Part shown: piece by piece, positions 1 through 9,742 of the stretch
Position numbering within the stretch: position 1 is the stretch's first letter
Layout of the letters: each line of letters starts with the position of its first letter
DNA from: Nitrospinales bacterium
GTDB taxonomy: Bacteria; Nitrospinota; Nitrospinia; Nitrospinales; VA-1
DNA length: 64,000 bases
Assembly: GCA_965262115.1 (NCBI GenBank)
Contig: OZ253496.1
Span: forward strand, 2,176,001 to 2,240,000
Reading direction: 5' to 3'
The notes under the pieces: generated by a model
The model's input: only the letters and a program-made list of their open reading frames with translations
What the model was told of the DNA's origin: nothing
The model's database searches: none
Program-made: the position numbers and the translations under genes

Positions 1-80
1 CAAAATTATACTTTCGACTGAAGGTTTGTTACACTCTCCTTAACCAAATTTAAGATTTAATCCAAACAAAGGAGGAACCC

Positions 81-380
81 ATGAAACTGACGCGCTTTCT
101 CCTCCTGGCCCTTTGTACGCTTGTGGTTGGTTGTGGTACGGTCGGGAAAGATTTTGATGGCTCCAAGGTTAAAAAAATTCAAAATAATGTAACGACCCAG
201 ATTGAAATTCTCGACTGGTTTGGCGTGCCCTACAAAGAAGGCACCGAAAACAAACACACCATGTGGACTTATCAACTCGATACCTGGCAGGCTATCGGTG
301 AAGGGCAGTCAAAGGGGTTGGTCATCTTGTTTAACGACAAAAACATCGTCAAAGCCTATCGTTACGAATCAAACTATTAG
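81..380 (+). CDS. Small lipoprotein, SmpA/OmlA(BamE)-like domain
   Basis: AGGAGG RBS; lipobox-like LVVG-C after a hydrophobic signal; TTQIEILDWFGVPY...WTY resembles the BamE fold. Confidence 0.7.
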   Translation: MKLTRFLLLALCTLVVGCGTVGKDFDGSKVKKIQNNVTTQIEILDWFGVPYKEGTENKHTMWTYQLDTWQAIGEGQSKGLVILFNDKNIVKAYRYESNY

Positions 381-395
381 CCGCTAGGCCAGTGT

Positions 396-434
396 GCAAA
401 ACTTTATTTGGCTAGCAAAAGGTATAGGCGGCTT
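396..434 (+). repeat. Diverged copy of dispersed ~40-bp GCAATAG...CGGCTT repeat
   Basis: gcaaaactttatttggctagcaaaaggtataggcggctt aligns with copies at 15271, 26608, 28202 and 57473. Confidence 0.5.
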
Positions 435-479
435 TAAATGCTCTTGCCCAGTTCTCATCAAGAGCTTCGCATAATCCTG

Positions 480-621
480 GATTCTTCGTCACTTTGTTCC
501 CCAGAATGACAAGCAGACTAGGAGCCGACGATGGCCGAGTCCACCAATGACCGATCATTGATCAAATCATAAAGGGCTCCAGCGGCAAATTGTCATGTCA
601 TTCTGAAGGGAGTGAAGAATC
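480..621. repeat. REP-like inverted doublet
   Basis: gattcttc...cagaatgac (480-510) is inverted relative to gtcattctg...gaagaatc (597-621). Confidence 0.6.
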
Positions 622-651
622 TCGTTCCTACCGGGCGTGGCCCGGCGGCCA

Positions 652-1299
652 GTGAAACGAAAAATCTCTCTCATTGTCTACGATTTTGACGGCACTCTGG
701 TCGATACCCTTTTCGACATTGCCGATGCTGTCAACCTTGCCTTGAATGAACTCGGGTTGAGAACCCTGGGCCGTGAAACGATTCGCAAATATGTTGGCAG
801 GGGAGTCGAAAAGTTGATGGCCCAGTCGACAAACGGAACGGGGTATACCGACCTTCCTCCGGCTGTGGAGCTGTTCCGCAAGCATTACTCGGATAATTTG
901 ATGAACCATACCCGGTTTTATCCTTCCGGGCGCGAAATACTCGATCATTTCCGCGACAAAAAGCAGGCCATCTGTTCCAACAAACCGGAAGAGCTTGTAC
1001 GGCGCATACTGCAATCCCTGGAAAGCCTGGATTCCTTCGATGCCATTCTTGGCGGTGACAGCTTGAAATCCAAAAAACCCGACCCGGAGGGACTGCTCTA
1101 CTTGCTCGACCGGTTTCAATGTTCTCCGGAACAGGCGGTGCTGATCGGCGATAGCCCGGTGGATATTGAAACCGGTAAACGCGCCGGGGTTCACACCTGT
1201 GTGGTCAACTTTGGATTTGGGGACCCGAAAGAGATTGCCTTGGTCGAACCCGATTGTTCCATCGACCACCTTTCAGAACTCAAGGACCTATTTCATTAA
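652..1299 (+). CDS. HAD-IA hydrolase, phosphoglycolate phosphatase-like
   Basis: DFDGTLVD motif I, SNK, KKPDP and GDSPVD motifs; GTG start at 652 chosen (ORF open from 637). Confidence 0.85.
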   Translation: MKRKISLIVYDFDGTLVDTLFDIADAVNLALNELGLRTLGRETIRKYVGRGVEKLMAQSTNGTGYTDLPPAVELFRKHYSDNLMNHTRFYPSGREILDHFRDKKQAICSNKPEELVRRILQSLESLDSFDAILGGDSLKSKKPDPEGLLYLLDRFQCSPEQAVLIGDSPVDIETGKRAGVHTCVVNFGFGDPKEIALVEPDCSIDHLSELKDLFH

Positions 1300-1385
1300 C
1301 CAGCGAAGAATCGAAGCGGTTCCGGCAGGCCCACATCCCATCCTGTTGACTTTGTCGAGGGGTGTATCTACAATGCCTCATTTCT

Positions 1386-2780
1386 ATGGAAGATATTAAA
1401 AACATTTATCTTATAGCGATCTGTGGCACCGGCATGGCGGCGTTGGCGGGATTGTTGAAAGGTGCCGGTTATCGTGTGTCTGGGTCCGATGCCAATGTCT
1501 ATCCGCCGATGAGCACGCTTCTTAAAAATGCCGGAATTCCGGTTCTGCCCGGATACCGAAAAGAAAATATCACAGGCGATATCGATCTGGTCATTGTCGG
1601 CAATGCGGTTTCCAAAACCAACGAAGAAGTGCAGGCTGTTCTGGAAGCCGGGTTGGATTACACATCTTTTCCTGAGGCCATTGCGCGTTTTTTTCTGGGC
1701 GGTCGAAAATCCCTTGTGGTGACCGGGACGCATGGCAAAACCACCACCACAGCACTTTTAAGTTGGGTGCTCCAGGCATCTGGAAGAAAACCCGGTTTCA
1801 TGGTGGGCGGCTGGTTGAAAAATTTCGACAACAACCATCAGGTTCCTGATGGAGATTATTTTGTAACGGAAGGTGATGAGTACGACAGCGCTTTCTTCGA
1901 TAAGGGACCCAAGTTCCTGCATTATCGTCCTGACGCTTCGATTCTGACGGGCGTTGAGTTTGACCACGCCGACATTTTTAACGATCTGGAGCAGATTAAA
2001 GACGCTTTCCGCAAGTATGTGAGCCTGATTCGGCCCGATGGGGTTATACTGGTCAACCACGCCGACGCAAATATTGAGGATGTATTGGGAGAGGCCGTTT
2101 GCAAGGTCGAGACCTACGGCTATTTGGATGGAGCGGATTGGCGGATCAAAGATTACCGGTTTGAGGCTGGGTGCGGTCATTTTTCCCTGTCTTATCGGGA
2201 TGAAAAAAAAACAGAGTTTCAGTTGGCCATGATTGGCCGGCATAATGTGGAAAATGCGGCGGCGGTGGCGGCCCTTTGTCTGCGGTTGGGCCTGACGGCT
2301 GATGAAATAAACTCTGCCTTTAAAACTTTTCAAGGTATCAAACGGCGGCAAGAGGTGGTCGGGGTTAAAAACGGTATAACGGTGCTGGACGATTTCGCCC
2401 ATCACCCGACGGCCATTCGCTTAACGTTAGAAGCGGTGAAAGAGGCCTATCCGGGGCAAAGGTTGTGGGCTGTGTTTGAACCCCGGTCGGCCACTTCAAG
2501 GCGAAAGGTGTTTGAACAGGATTTTCCAGATAGTTTCCTCGCTGCCGACCGGGTTATTATTGCCGGTTTGTTTGCGCCTGAAAAAATCAGCGAGGAAGAA
2601 AGGCTGGACCCGGAACAGGTCGTGACCTGTTTACGGCAAAAAGGAACGGATGCCCATTTCATTGAGGAAGTGGATGACATTGTCGCCTTTATGGCTGAAA
2701 ATGCTGAAAGCGGCGATGTAGTGCTGGTCATGTCATCAGGCGGGTTCGGTGGCATCCACCAGAAGATTCTGGATCGATAA
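1386..2780 (+). CDS. mpl: UDP-MurNAc:L-Ala-gamma-D-Glu-mDAP ligase (murein peptide ligase)
   Basis: ICGTGM, GSD..VYPPMST, GTHGKTTT, EGDEYDSAFFDK, DDFAHHP, FEPRS, MSSGGFGG. Confidence 0.93.
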   Translation: MEDIKNIYLIAICGTGMAALAGLLKGAGYRVSGSDANVYPPMSTLLKNAGIPVLPGYRKENITGDIDLVIVGNAVSKTNEEVQAVLEAGLDYTSFPEAIARFFLGGRKSLVVTGTHGKTTTTALLSWVLQASGRKPGFMVGGWLKNFDNNHQVPDGDYFVTEGDEYDSAFFDKGPKFLHYRPDASILTGVEFDHADIFNDLEQIKDAFRKYVSLIRPDGVILVNHADANIEDVLGEAVCKVETYGYLDGADWRIKDYRFEAGCGHFSLSYRDEKKTEFQLAMIGRHNVENAAAVAALCLRLGLTADEINSAFKTFQGIKRRQEVVGVKNGITVLDDFAHHPTAIRLTLEAVKEAYPGQRLWAVFEPRSATSRRKVFEQDFPDSFLAADRVIIAGLFAPEKISEEERLDPEQVVTCLRQKGTDAHFIEEVDDIVAFMAENAESGDVVLVMSSGGFGGIHQKILDR

Positions 2781-3913
2781 TGGCTATGGATAAAATTTAT
2801 CACGGACAAATAAAACTTGGATTGATCCAGAGAGGGCTTACGGTTCCGAGTATTTTGCAGGGACTTTCTGAGGTCGCGGGTGGACTCTGTTCCGGTGAGC
2901 CGGGCGAGGAGATCACTCTGGCTCTGGCGGAAGACTTCATCGTCAAGGCCAACCTGAATGCACCGGGAAAGGACGGGCCAAAACTGGTCTGCCACGAAGA
3001 CCGCTTGCGGCTCCATATGAGTGAAGGGGAGATTGATGTCGGCATCATCACGATTCCGGAATTTCTCAAACAGCAGTTGAAGCAGCGCACCCCGGTTTCT
3101 GAAAATATTTGTCTCGATGGCTATTGTCTGAACATTTTTCTCCGCGCCATCGGTCGGGGCAAAAAACTGAGCATGCCGGTCGAAGCCATTCTTTCTGTCA
3201 TCCAGTCGGCTTTCGAAGAAGGGGCCGCAGATCTGGTACAACTGAATATGGACTTCTGCGAAGAGGCCGACCGGGGATTCAACCGGCTGGCACCGTTGGT
3301 GGAGGCGATCAAAAAACGTTTTAACACTTTTGTTGCGTTGAAAGGTTTCCCGCCTTCGAATTCGAGCACCATTAACCTCATGTATGCGTCTGGTTTTGAT
3401 ATCATTGATTTTCCATTGGGTGGTTTTTCCGGAACGGTCAAGTCGAAAAAAAAGATGACGGCAAAACAGGTTCATTCTGCCTTGGAATATGCCGCAGGAG
3501 TTTTCCCATCTGGCACAGTTTGGACAGATCTGGTTCTGGGGCCGGAACCCCTTTCGCGATTTAAGGAAGGTGTTGATAGGCTGGCCGACTCGGGGATCAT
3601 TCCTTTAATCTATCTGCAACGTGGCAGTAGCGAAAAGCCGGATAAATATCGTGATCTGGTAGAACTGGCGGAACATATGGACAAGGCGATTCAACGCAAC
3701 CGCCTGCCATTAAAATGGTTGTATCCGACATGCCGTTTTCTGAGTCCGCTCGACACCCGGTTTTTTACTGGAGACCCGCTTCAGGCAAAACTTGCAGTGA
3801 CACCGGTTTATCGATCGGGACTGGAAAGAAAAACTTCGGCAGGGTTCGCCGCGCTCAGGCGCAAACTGCGCATCCGCAGCGTCAGCGACTCTTTCGAGTC
3901 TGCGGGGCTTTAA
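2780..3913 (+). CDS. Radical-SAM-fold-like protein lacking CxxxCxxC
   Basis: Layout resembles the MSMEG_0568-like radical SAM group; no cluster-binding triad; start overlaps the mpl stop. Confidence 0.55.
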   Translation: MAMDKIYHGQIKLGLIQRGLTVPSILQGLSEVAGGLCSGEPGEEITLALAEDFIVKANLNAPGKDGPKLVCHEDRLRLHMSEGEIDVGIITIPEFLKQQLKQRTPVSENICLDGYCLNIFLRAIGRGKKLSMPVEAILSVIQSAFEEGAADLVQLNMDFCEEADRGFNRLAPLVEAIKKRFNTFVALKGFPPSNSSTINLMYASGFDIIDFPLGGFSGTVKSKKKMTAKQVHSALEYAAGVFPSGTVWTDLVLGPEPLSRFKEGVDRLADSGIIPLIYLQRGSSEKPDKYRDLVELAEHMDKAIQRNRLPLKWLYPTCRFLSPLDTRFFTGDPLQAKLAVTPVYRSGLERKTSAGFAALRRKLRIRSVSDSFESAGL

Positions 3914-4016
3914 CCACTAGCCGTGGGGGCAGTGGGTAAATAGTTTGTGAGGCCGAGAAAACGTTTGTGTGTAGACAACGATATTGCAATTTGCCAGCGG
4001 CGGCTCGCCGCATGAC

Positions 4017-4913
4017 ATGGACACTCAAGTAAAAAAAACTGATAAGAGAATTATTCCGGAAGTGCCTTTGAAAAACCTGGAGACATTATGGTTGCAGGTT
4101 GGAGGCACGCTCTGCAATCTTGAATGCACTCATTGTTTTATCAGTTGCGGACCGAAGAACGACACCATCGCCATGATGACTCTGGCCCAGGTTAAAGAAA
4201 GACTGGAAGAATCCAAAACCCTGGGGGTGAAAGACTATTACATCACCGGCGGTGAAGTATTTATCAATCCGGAGATTTTTGAAATTCTTGCTTTGATTCT
4301 CGACTATGGGCCTCTCGACGTTCTAACCAATGGAACACAGATCACCGCGGAGGAGGCTCAGCGGTTGAGAGGGATTCAGGACGCTTCCCATCATCCCTTG
4401 CGTTTCAGGGTGAGTATGGAAAATTTTGAGGAAGCGGCCAACGATGCCATACGTGGAAAAGGAGCTTACCGAAAAGCGGTGACTGGAATCAAGCACCTCG
4501 TCGAGGCCGGGTTTTCGCCGATACTCACCATCACGCGATCCTGGGAAGAGGAGCAGGACGCGGAAATGGAATTGCAGTTTATTGAATTTATCCGCTCTAA
4601 CCGGGTTTCCCAGCCGAAAATCAAGATATTGCCGGGTTTTATGCTGGGGCAGTTGGCTAAGAATGAACGCGGCTATAATGATGAAGAACGGGTGACGCAA
4701 GCATGTTTCGAAAATTTTGATATCACCCAGCTCCAGTGCGCAACGTCGCGCATGGCGACTGGCGAAGGCGTTTACGTCTGTCCGATTCTCGTTGATAACC
4801 CGAAGGCCCGCATGGGAAACAATATTGAGGAGACCCTGCGCCCCTTTCCCTTGTCACACTCTGCCTGTTATACCTGCCGCGTTACGGGAATGACCTGCAA
4901 GTCGTCCACTTGA
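4017..4913 (+). CDS. Radical SAM protein
   Basis: CNLECTHC, TGGE, LTNG; C-terminal Cys set (QC..SRM, VCPIL, CYTC...C). Confidence 0.9.
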   Translation: MDTQVKKTDKRIIPEVPLKNLETLWLQVGGTLCNLECTHCFISCGPKNDTIAMMTLAQVKERLEESKTLGVKDYYITGGEVFINPEIFEILALILDYGPLDVLTNGTQITAEEAQRLRGIQDASHHPLRFRVSMENFEEAANDAIRGKGAYRKAVTGIKHLVEAGFSPILTITRSWEEEQDAEMELQFIEFIRSNRVSQPKIKILPGFMLGQLAKNERGYNDEERVTQACFENFDITQLQCATSRMATGEGVYVCPILVDNPKARMGNNIEETLRPFPLSHSACYTCRVTGMTCKSST

Positions 4914-5002
4914 AAAACTTTATATTGAGCCGGTCCCGAAAGGCTGGTAGCATACCCCATCAATCCTTTTTAAAAGACGCTCATTGTCTTCAATAATTCA
5001 CA

Positions 5003-5557
5003 ATGGCTTTAATGCATTCCATCATGGTTCCTTTGGGAACCCCGGCTGCCGGTTTCCAGCTTCCCGGAGTTGATGAGAAGGAATATTCTCTGGAAAGTTT
5101 TTCGGATAAAAATATTCTGGTGGTCATTTTCATGTGCAACCATTGTCCTTATGTCAAGGCAGTGCTTAAGCGGTTGATTGATTTGCAGGCCGAGACAGGG
5201 CATCAGGGAGTCCAGTTAGTTGGCATCAATTCCAATGATGCTGAACGCTACCTCGATGACTCTTTGGAAAACATGAAGAAGGCCACCAAGGAGAAGGGCA
5301 TAAATTTCCCCTATTTGTTCGATGCTTCGCAGGAGACGGCCAGGGCTTATGATGCGGTGTGCACACCTGATATTTATGTTTATGGTCCGGAACGAAAACT
5401 TTTATACCGGGGCAGAATTGATGACAGCTGGGAGCATGAAGAAAAAGTGACCCAGAGAAATTTAAAAGAGGCTCTGGATTGTATTGTTGCCGGGAAAGAA
5501 GTTCCGACCGAGCAGATATCCTCAATGGGTTGTTCCATAAAATGGAAGGAAAATTAA
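5003..5557 (+). CDS. Thioredoxin-fold AhpC/TSA family protein
   Basis: CNHCPYV, AVCTPD, YRGRIDD, SMGCSIKWK. Confidence 0.92.
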   Translation: MALMHSIMVPLGTPAAGFQLPGVDEKEYSLESFSDKNILVVIFMCNHCPYVKAVLKRLIDLQAETGHQGVQLVGINSNDAERYLDDSLENMKKATKEKGINFPYLFDASQETARAYDAVCTPDIYVYGPERKLLYRGRIDDSWEHEEKVTQRNLKEALDCIVAGKEVPTEQISSMGCSIKWKEN

Positions 5558-5566
5558 GGGTAAACG

Positions 5567-8314
5567 ATGGAAACAATTAAAAAGTGGTTGTTCATTCTGG
5601 TGGCAGTGGTTTTTGCCGGTTCGCTCTTTGCCGATAAAATCCTTTCTTTTTATATTGATTGGTTGTGGTTCGAAAGTCATGGCATCACCTCGGTCTTGTG
5701 GACGGTGGTGATATCGCAGTTCGGGTTTGGGTTGCTGACGGGTGTTGTGTTTTTCCTGCTGACATTCGGATTTTTAAATCATGTGTACAAGAAAACTTCT
5801 CACCTGCCGATTCTTTTGTCAGATCAGGTCCGGCGGGAAGTTCCTTTGCTGGATGTCATGGCCAGCAATTTAAAATTGTTGATTCTGATAATCCCTTTGG
5901 TTTTGGCAGTCATGACCGGACTGGTGATGGCCCAGCAATGGGAAACCCTTTTGCAATACTTGAATGCTTCCCCGTATGGAGAGATTGATCCTATCTATGG
6001 CAAAGACATCTCCTTTTACTTTTTTACCCTGCCCCTCTGGTTGCTGATGAAGTCTTTATTGTGGGAAACCATGATCGTGCTTTCCATTGGCATGGGGCTG
6101 ATCTATTTTTTCAAGCGTTTTATTTATGTCGGGCCGACCGGAGTGGTTCTTCTTCCTGACGCCAGGCGCACTCTTTCGGGGCTTGCTGGTTTGTTTTTTC
6201 TTTTGTTTGCCAGCGAATTTTATCTTCAGCGTTATGAATTGTTGACGGAGGGAAGCAGTTTGATCGCTGGGATCGGATTCTCCGATGACAATGGGAAAAT
6301 CCCTGTCCTCTATATTTTGGTCATTACTTCGTTGATTTCTGCTTTGATTTCATTTATGGGGCTGGTTCGACCTGGTATGAAAAAGGTCATGCTTTCAGGT
6401 GTAGGATTGGCGCTGGTGTTTTTTGTTGCCAACTTGTATCCAAAGATTTTACAGAAATTTGTGGTGGTTCCTAATGAATTGGTCAAGGAAGCCCCTTATA
6501 TCGAGCACACCATTGCCGGCGCGTTGACAGCATATGGGCTTAGTCAGACCGAGACGCATGAGCTTTCCGGTTCTTCGTCTTTGACAGCCGAAAGCATACG
6601 GAAAAACGCGATAACGATCGAAAATATTCGGCTCTGGGATCAGGAACCGCTTCTCGATACCCTGGGTCAGATCCAGGAGATCAGGACTTATTACCAGTTC
6701 CAGTCTGTTGACAATGACCGGTACCACATTAACGGGAATTACCGCCAGACCTTGTTGTCGCCAAGGGAACTGCTTTCCTCCAACCTGCCCAACCGCACAT
6801 GGATCAACGAGCACCTGACCTTCACACATGGGTACGGAGTTGCGCTGAGCCCTGTAAACCAGGTCACTCCGGAAGGGTTGCCGGTGTTGCTCATTAAAGA
6901 TATTCCACCGCAATCGAATATAGATCTGGTGGTGACTCGGCCTGAAATCTATTTTGGAGAACTGGCCAACGATCATGTTTTTGTCAACACCGAAACCAAG
7001 GAGTTTGATTACCCGAAAGGTGAGAAAAATGTATACAAGAATTATGAAGGCAAAGGGGGTTTTGAAGTCGGTTCCTTTTTCCGCAAGCTTGTTCTGGCGG
7101 TCCGGTTCAAAGCTCTTAAAATTATTTTTTCTAATGATATTAATAGTGAAAGTCGGGTTCTGATGTACCGGAATATCACTGACCGGGCGCAGAAAGTGGT
7201 GCCATTTCTTAGGCTGGACGACGACCCTTACCTGGTGATTTCAGAAGGCCGTCTGATCTGGCTTTATGACGCGTATACGGTGAGTGACCATTTTCCTTAT
7301 TCTCCGAAAATTCCCCGGTTTGGTAATTATGTGCGCAACTCTGTAAAAATTTCCATTGATGCTTATGACGGTTCGATGAATTTTTATATCGCCGATCAGG
7401 CGGACCCGGTCATCCGGACGTACCGCAATATTTTTCCCGATCTGTTTAAAGATTTGAGCGAGATGCCGGAAGATTTGCGCAGTCATATTCGTTACCCCTC
7501 CGACCTGTTTATGATTCAGACACATATTTATGCCACTTATCATATGAAGCGGTCGCAGGTTTTCTATAACAAGGAAGACCAATGGGAAATACCGGAAATT
7601 GATGGGCGCATCATGAAGCCTTATTACACCATCATGAAACTGCCGGGCGAGGATCACGAGGAATACATTCTCATGCTTCCATACACGCCCAGAGGAAAGA
7701 GCAATCTGTCAGCCTGGATGGTGGCGCGAAGTGATGGAGAACAGTATGGTAAGCTGGATGTGTATACCTTTCCCAAGCATAAGCTGGTGTTTGGACCCAG
7801 CCAAATGGTGGCCCGGATCAATCAGGATGCGGAGATTTCCCGGCAGATATCATTGTGGGATCAACGAGGATCAAGCGTTATACAAGGAACCCTTCTGGTC
7901 ATTCCCATTGAAGAGTCGCTGGTTTATGTGCGGCCTTTATACCTGAAAGCCGATGCTGGTAAGATCCCCGAGCTCAAGCGCGTCATTGTAGGTTATGAAG
8001 ACAGTATCGCCATGGAACGGACTCTTGATGAAGCGCTGGAGAAAATATTCACTGGCTTTGCCAGTGAGCCTCGCGAAGATTTGGGCCTACGTGTTGCCGA
8101 AGCCGACCCTTCCACTTCGTCGAAACCTGCAAAAGATCAGAAACTGATTTTGAGCAAGAGCGACTATGACAAGATCCGCAGCACTTATCGCCGCATTCTG
8201 GAATCACAGGGAAAACTGGATCAATCACTGGCGCAATATCGCAAAGACCTCAAAGGACTGGGGAAACTTCTGGAAAATAATCGGGCATCGCCACAGGTTA
8301 AAGCCGCTCCTTAA
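5567..8314 (+). CDS. UPF0182 family membrane protein
   Basis: DWLWFES, D.SFYFFTLP, NIRLWD, QEIRTYYQF, HLTFTHGYG, NYVRNSVK. Confidence 0.92.
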   Translation: METIKKWLFILVAVVFAGSLFADKILSFYIDWLWFESHGITSVLWTVVISQFGFGLLTGVVFFLLTFGFLNHVYKKTSHLPILLSDQVRREVPLLDVMASNLKLLILIIPLVLAVMTGLVMAQQWETLLQYLNASPYGEIDPIYGKDISFYFFTLPLWLLMKSLLWETMIVLSIGMGLIYFFKRFIYVGPTGVVLLPDARRTLSGLAGLFFLLFASEFYLQRYELLTEGSSLIAGIGFSDDNGKIPVLYILVITSLISALISFMGLVRPGMKKVMLSGVGLALVFFVANLYPKILQKFVVVPNELVKEAPYIEHTIAGALTAYGLSQTETHELSGSSSLTAESIRKNAITIENIRLWDQEPLLDTLGQIQEIRTYYQFQSVDNDRYHINGNYRQTLLSPRELLSSNLPNRTWINEHLTFTHGYGVALSPVNQVTPEGLPVLLIKDIPPQSNIDLVVTRPEIYFGELANDHVFVNTETKEFDYPKGEKNVYKNYEGKGGFEVGSFFRKLVLAVRFKALKIIFSNDINSESRVLMYRNITDRAQKVVPFLRLDDDPYLVISEGRLIWLYDAYTVSDHFPYSPKIPRFGNYVRNSVKISIDAYDGSMNFYIADQADPVIRTYRNIFPDLFKDLSEMPEDLRSHIRYPSDLFMIQTHIYATYHMKRSQVFYNKEDQWEIPEIDGRIMKPYYTIMKLPGEDHEEYILMLPYTPRGKSNLSAWMVARSDGEQYGKLDVYTFPKHKLVFGPSQMVARINQDAEISRQISLWDQRGSSVIQGTLLVIPIEESLVYVRPLYLKADAGKIPELKRVIVGYEDSIAMERTLDEALEKIFTGFASEPREDLGLRVAEADPSTSSKPAKDQKLILSKSDYDKIRSTYRRILESQGKLDQSLAQYRKDLKGLGKLLENNRASPQVKAAP

Positions 8315-8329
8315 ACCCTGACTGATTTA

Positions 8330-9742
8330 TTAGGAATTCTCGTTAGCGAATAAACCCAGCTGATGGGTGACCGGTTTTTTGTCGGGGATCGGGACGGGGT
8401 AATTGCCGTCGAAACAGGCGGAGCAGAATTTTTTCTTGCCATTTTGCAGCACTCCCAGCATTTTTTCCAGGCTGAGGTAGGCCAAAGAATCTGCTGCCAG
8501 ATACTTGCACGTTTCTTCCAGATTGTATTTGTGGGCGATCAACTCTTCCTGGGTGGGCGTGTCAATGCCGTAAAAACAGGAATGCAGGATCGGCGGAGCT
8601 GAAATGCGAAGGTGGACTTCTTTGGCTCCTGCATCCCGGAGCATTTTTACGATCTTACGGCTGGTGGTACCGCGGACGATGGAATCGTCAATGATAGCGA
8701 TGCGTTTGCCAGCGATCATTGATTTTACCGGATTCAGTTTAAGCTTAACGCCAAAATGCCGGATCTGTGATTGCGGTTCAATGAAAGTCCTGCCGATATA
8801 ATGGTTTCGGATGAGACCCATTTCAAAGGGAATGCCGCTTTCTTCGGCGAAACCCATTGCTGACACAACTCCCGAGTCAGGCACGGGAACAACGAGGTCG
8901 ACATCGGCGGGGCTTTCCTGAGCCATAGCCCGGCCCATGTCTTTACGCACGGTGTAGACATGCTCCCCAAAGAGAAAGCTGTCTGGGCGCGCGAAATAAA
9001 TATGTTCAAACACACAATGTTTGGGGTCGACTTTTTTAAACGGAAAAAAGGATTGTAACCCTAGATCGTTGATCAGGATGACTTCGCCTGGCTCAATCTC
9101 GCGGATGAACTCCGCTTCGATAAGATCCATCACACAGGTTTCGGAGGCTACGATGTAAGCGCCATCGAGTTTGCCCAGGCAAAGAGGACGAAATCCGTGT
9201 GGGTCGCGGGCGGCCACCAATTCTGTCTCCGTCATCAGGACCAATGAATAGGCACCGTTGACTTGCCTCAAAGCTTCGGCGGCCCGATCCACGAAAGAAT
9301 CGGCTTTCGATTGTGCCATTAAATGCACGATGACTTCGCTGTCGTTGGTGGATTGGAATATCGCTCCTTGGGCACCCAGTTCTTCACGTATGGTCTCGGC
9401 GTTAACAAGGTTGCCGTTATGAGCCAGGGACAGAGACCCGGCTGAATAGTTGATCATGCAGGGTTGGGCGTTGACCAGTTCGCTTTTCCCTGCTGTGGAA
9501 TAACGGTTATGGCCAATAGCTATAGGGCCCGGTAGTTTCAGGATTCGGGTCGGATCAAAGATGTCAGCGACCAGTCCCATGCCGACTTCAAGACGCATTT
9601 TGGAATGCGTGCTGGCGGCAATGCCGGCGCTCTCCTGGCCCCGGTGTTGCAGTGCGTAGAGTCCGAGATAAACCAGATTGGAGGCTTCAGGATGGCCATA
9701 GACCCCTACAACTCCGCATTCTTCATGTAGCTTATCCAGCAT
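8330..9742 (-). CDS. purF: Amidophosphoribosyltransferase
   Basis: [32 protein letters not shown]. Confidence 0.97.
   Translation of the reverse strand: MLDKLHEECGVVGVYGHPEASNLVYLGLYALQHRGQESAGIAASTHSKMRLEVGMGLVADIFDPTRILKLPGPIAIGHNRYSTAGKSELVNAQPCMINYSAGSLSLAHNGNLVNAETIREELGAQGAIFQSTNDSEVIVHLMAQSKADSFVDRAAEALRQVNGAYSLVLMTETELVAARDPHGFRPLCLGKLDGAYIVASETCVMDLIEAEFIREIEPGEVILINDLGLQSFFPFKKVDPKHCVFEHIYFARPDSFLFGEHVYTVRKDMGRAMAQESPADVDLVVPVPDSGVVSAMGFAEESGIPFEMGLIRNHYIGRTFIEPQSQIRHFGVKLKLNPVKSMIAGKRIAIIDDSIVRGTTSRKIVKMLRDAGAKEVHLRISAPPILHSCFYGIDTPTQEELIAHKYNLEETCKYLAADSLAYLSLEKMLGVLQNGKKKFCSACFDGNYPVPIPDKKPVTHQLGLFANENS

Noticed and set aside
2447..3475. Long antisense ORFs (also 628-1269, 10068-10760, 14453-15130, 19266-20309, 30131-30790)
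   Set aside because: Shadows of well-supported genes on the opposite strand; no motifs
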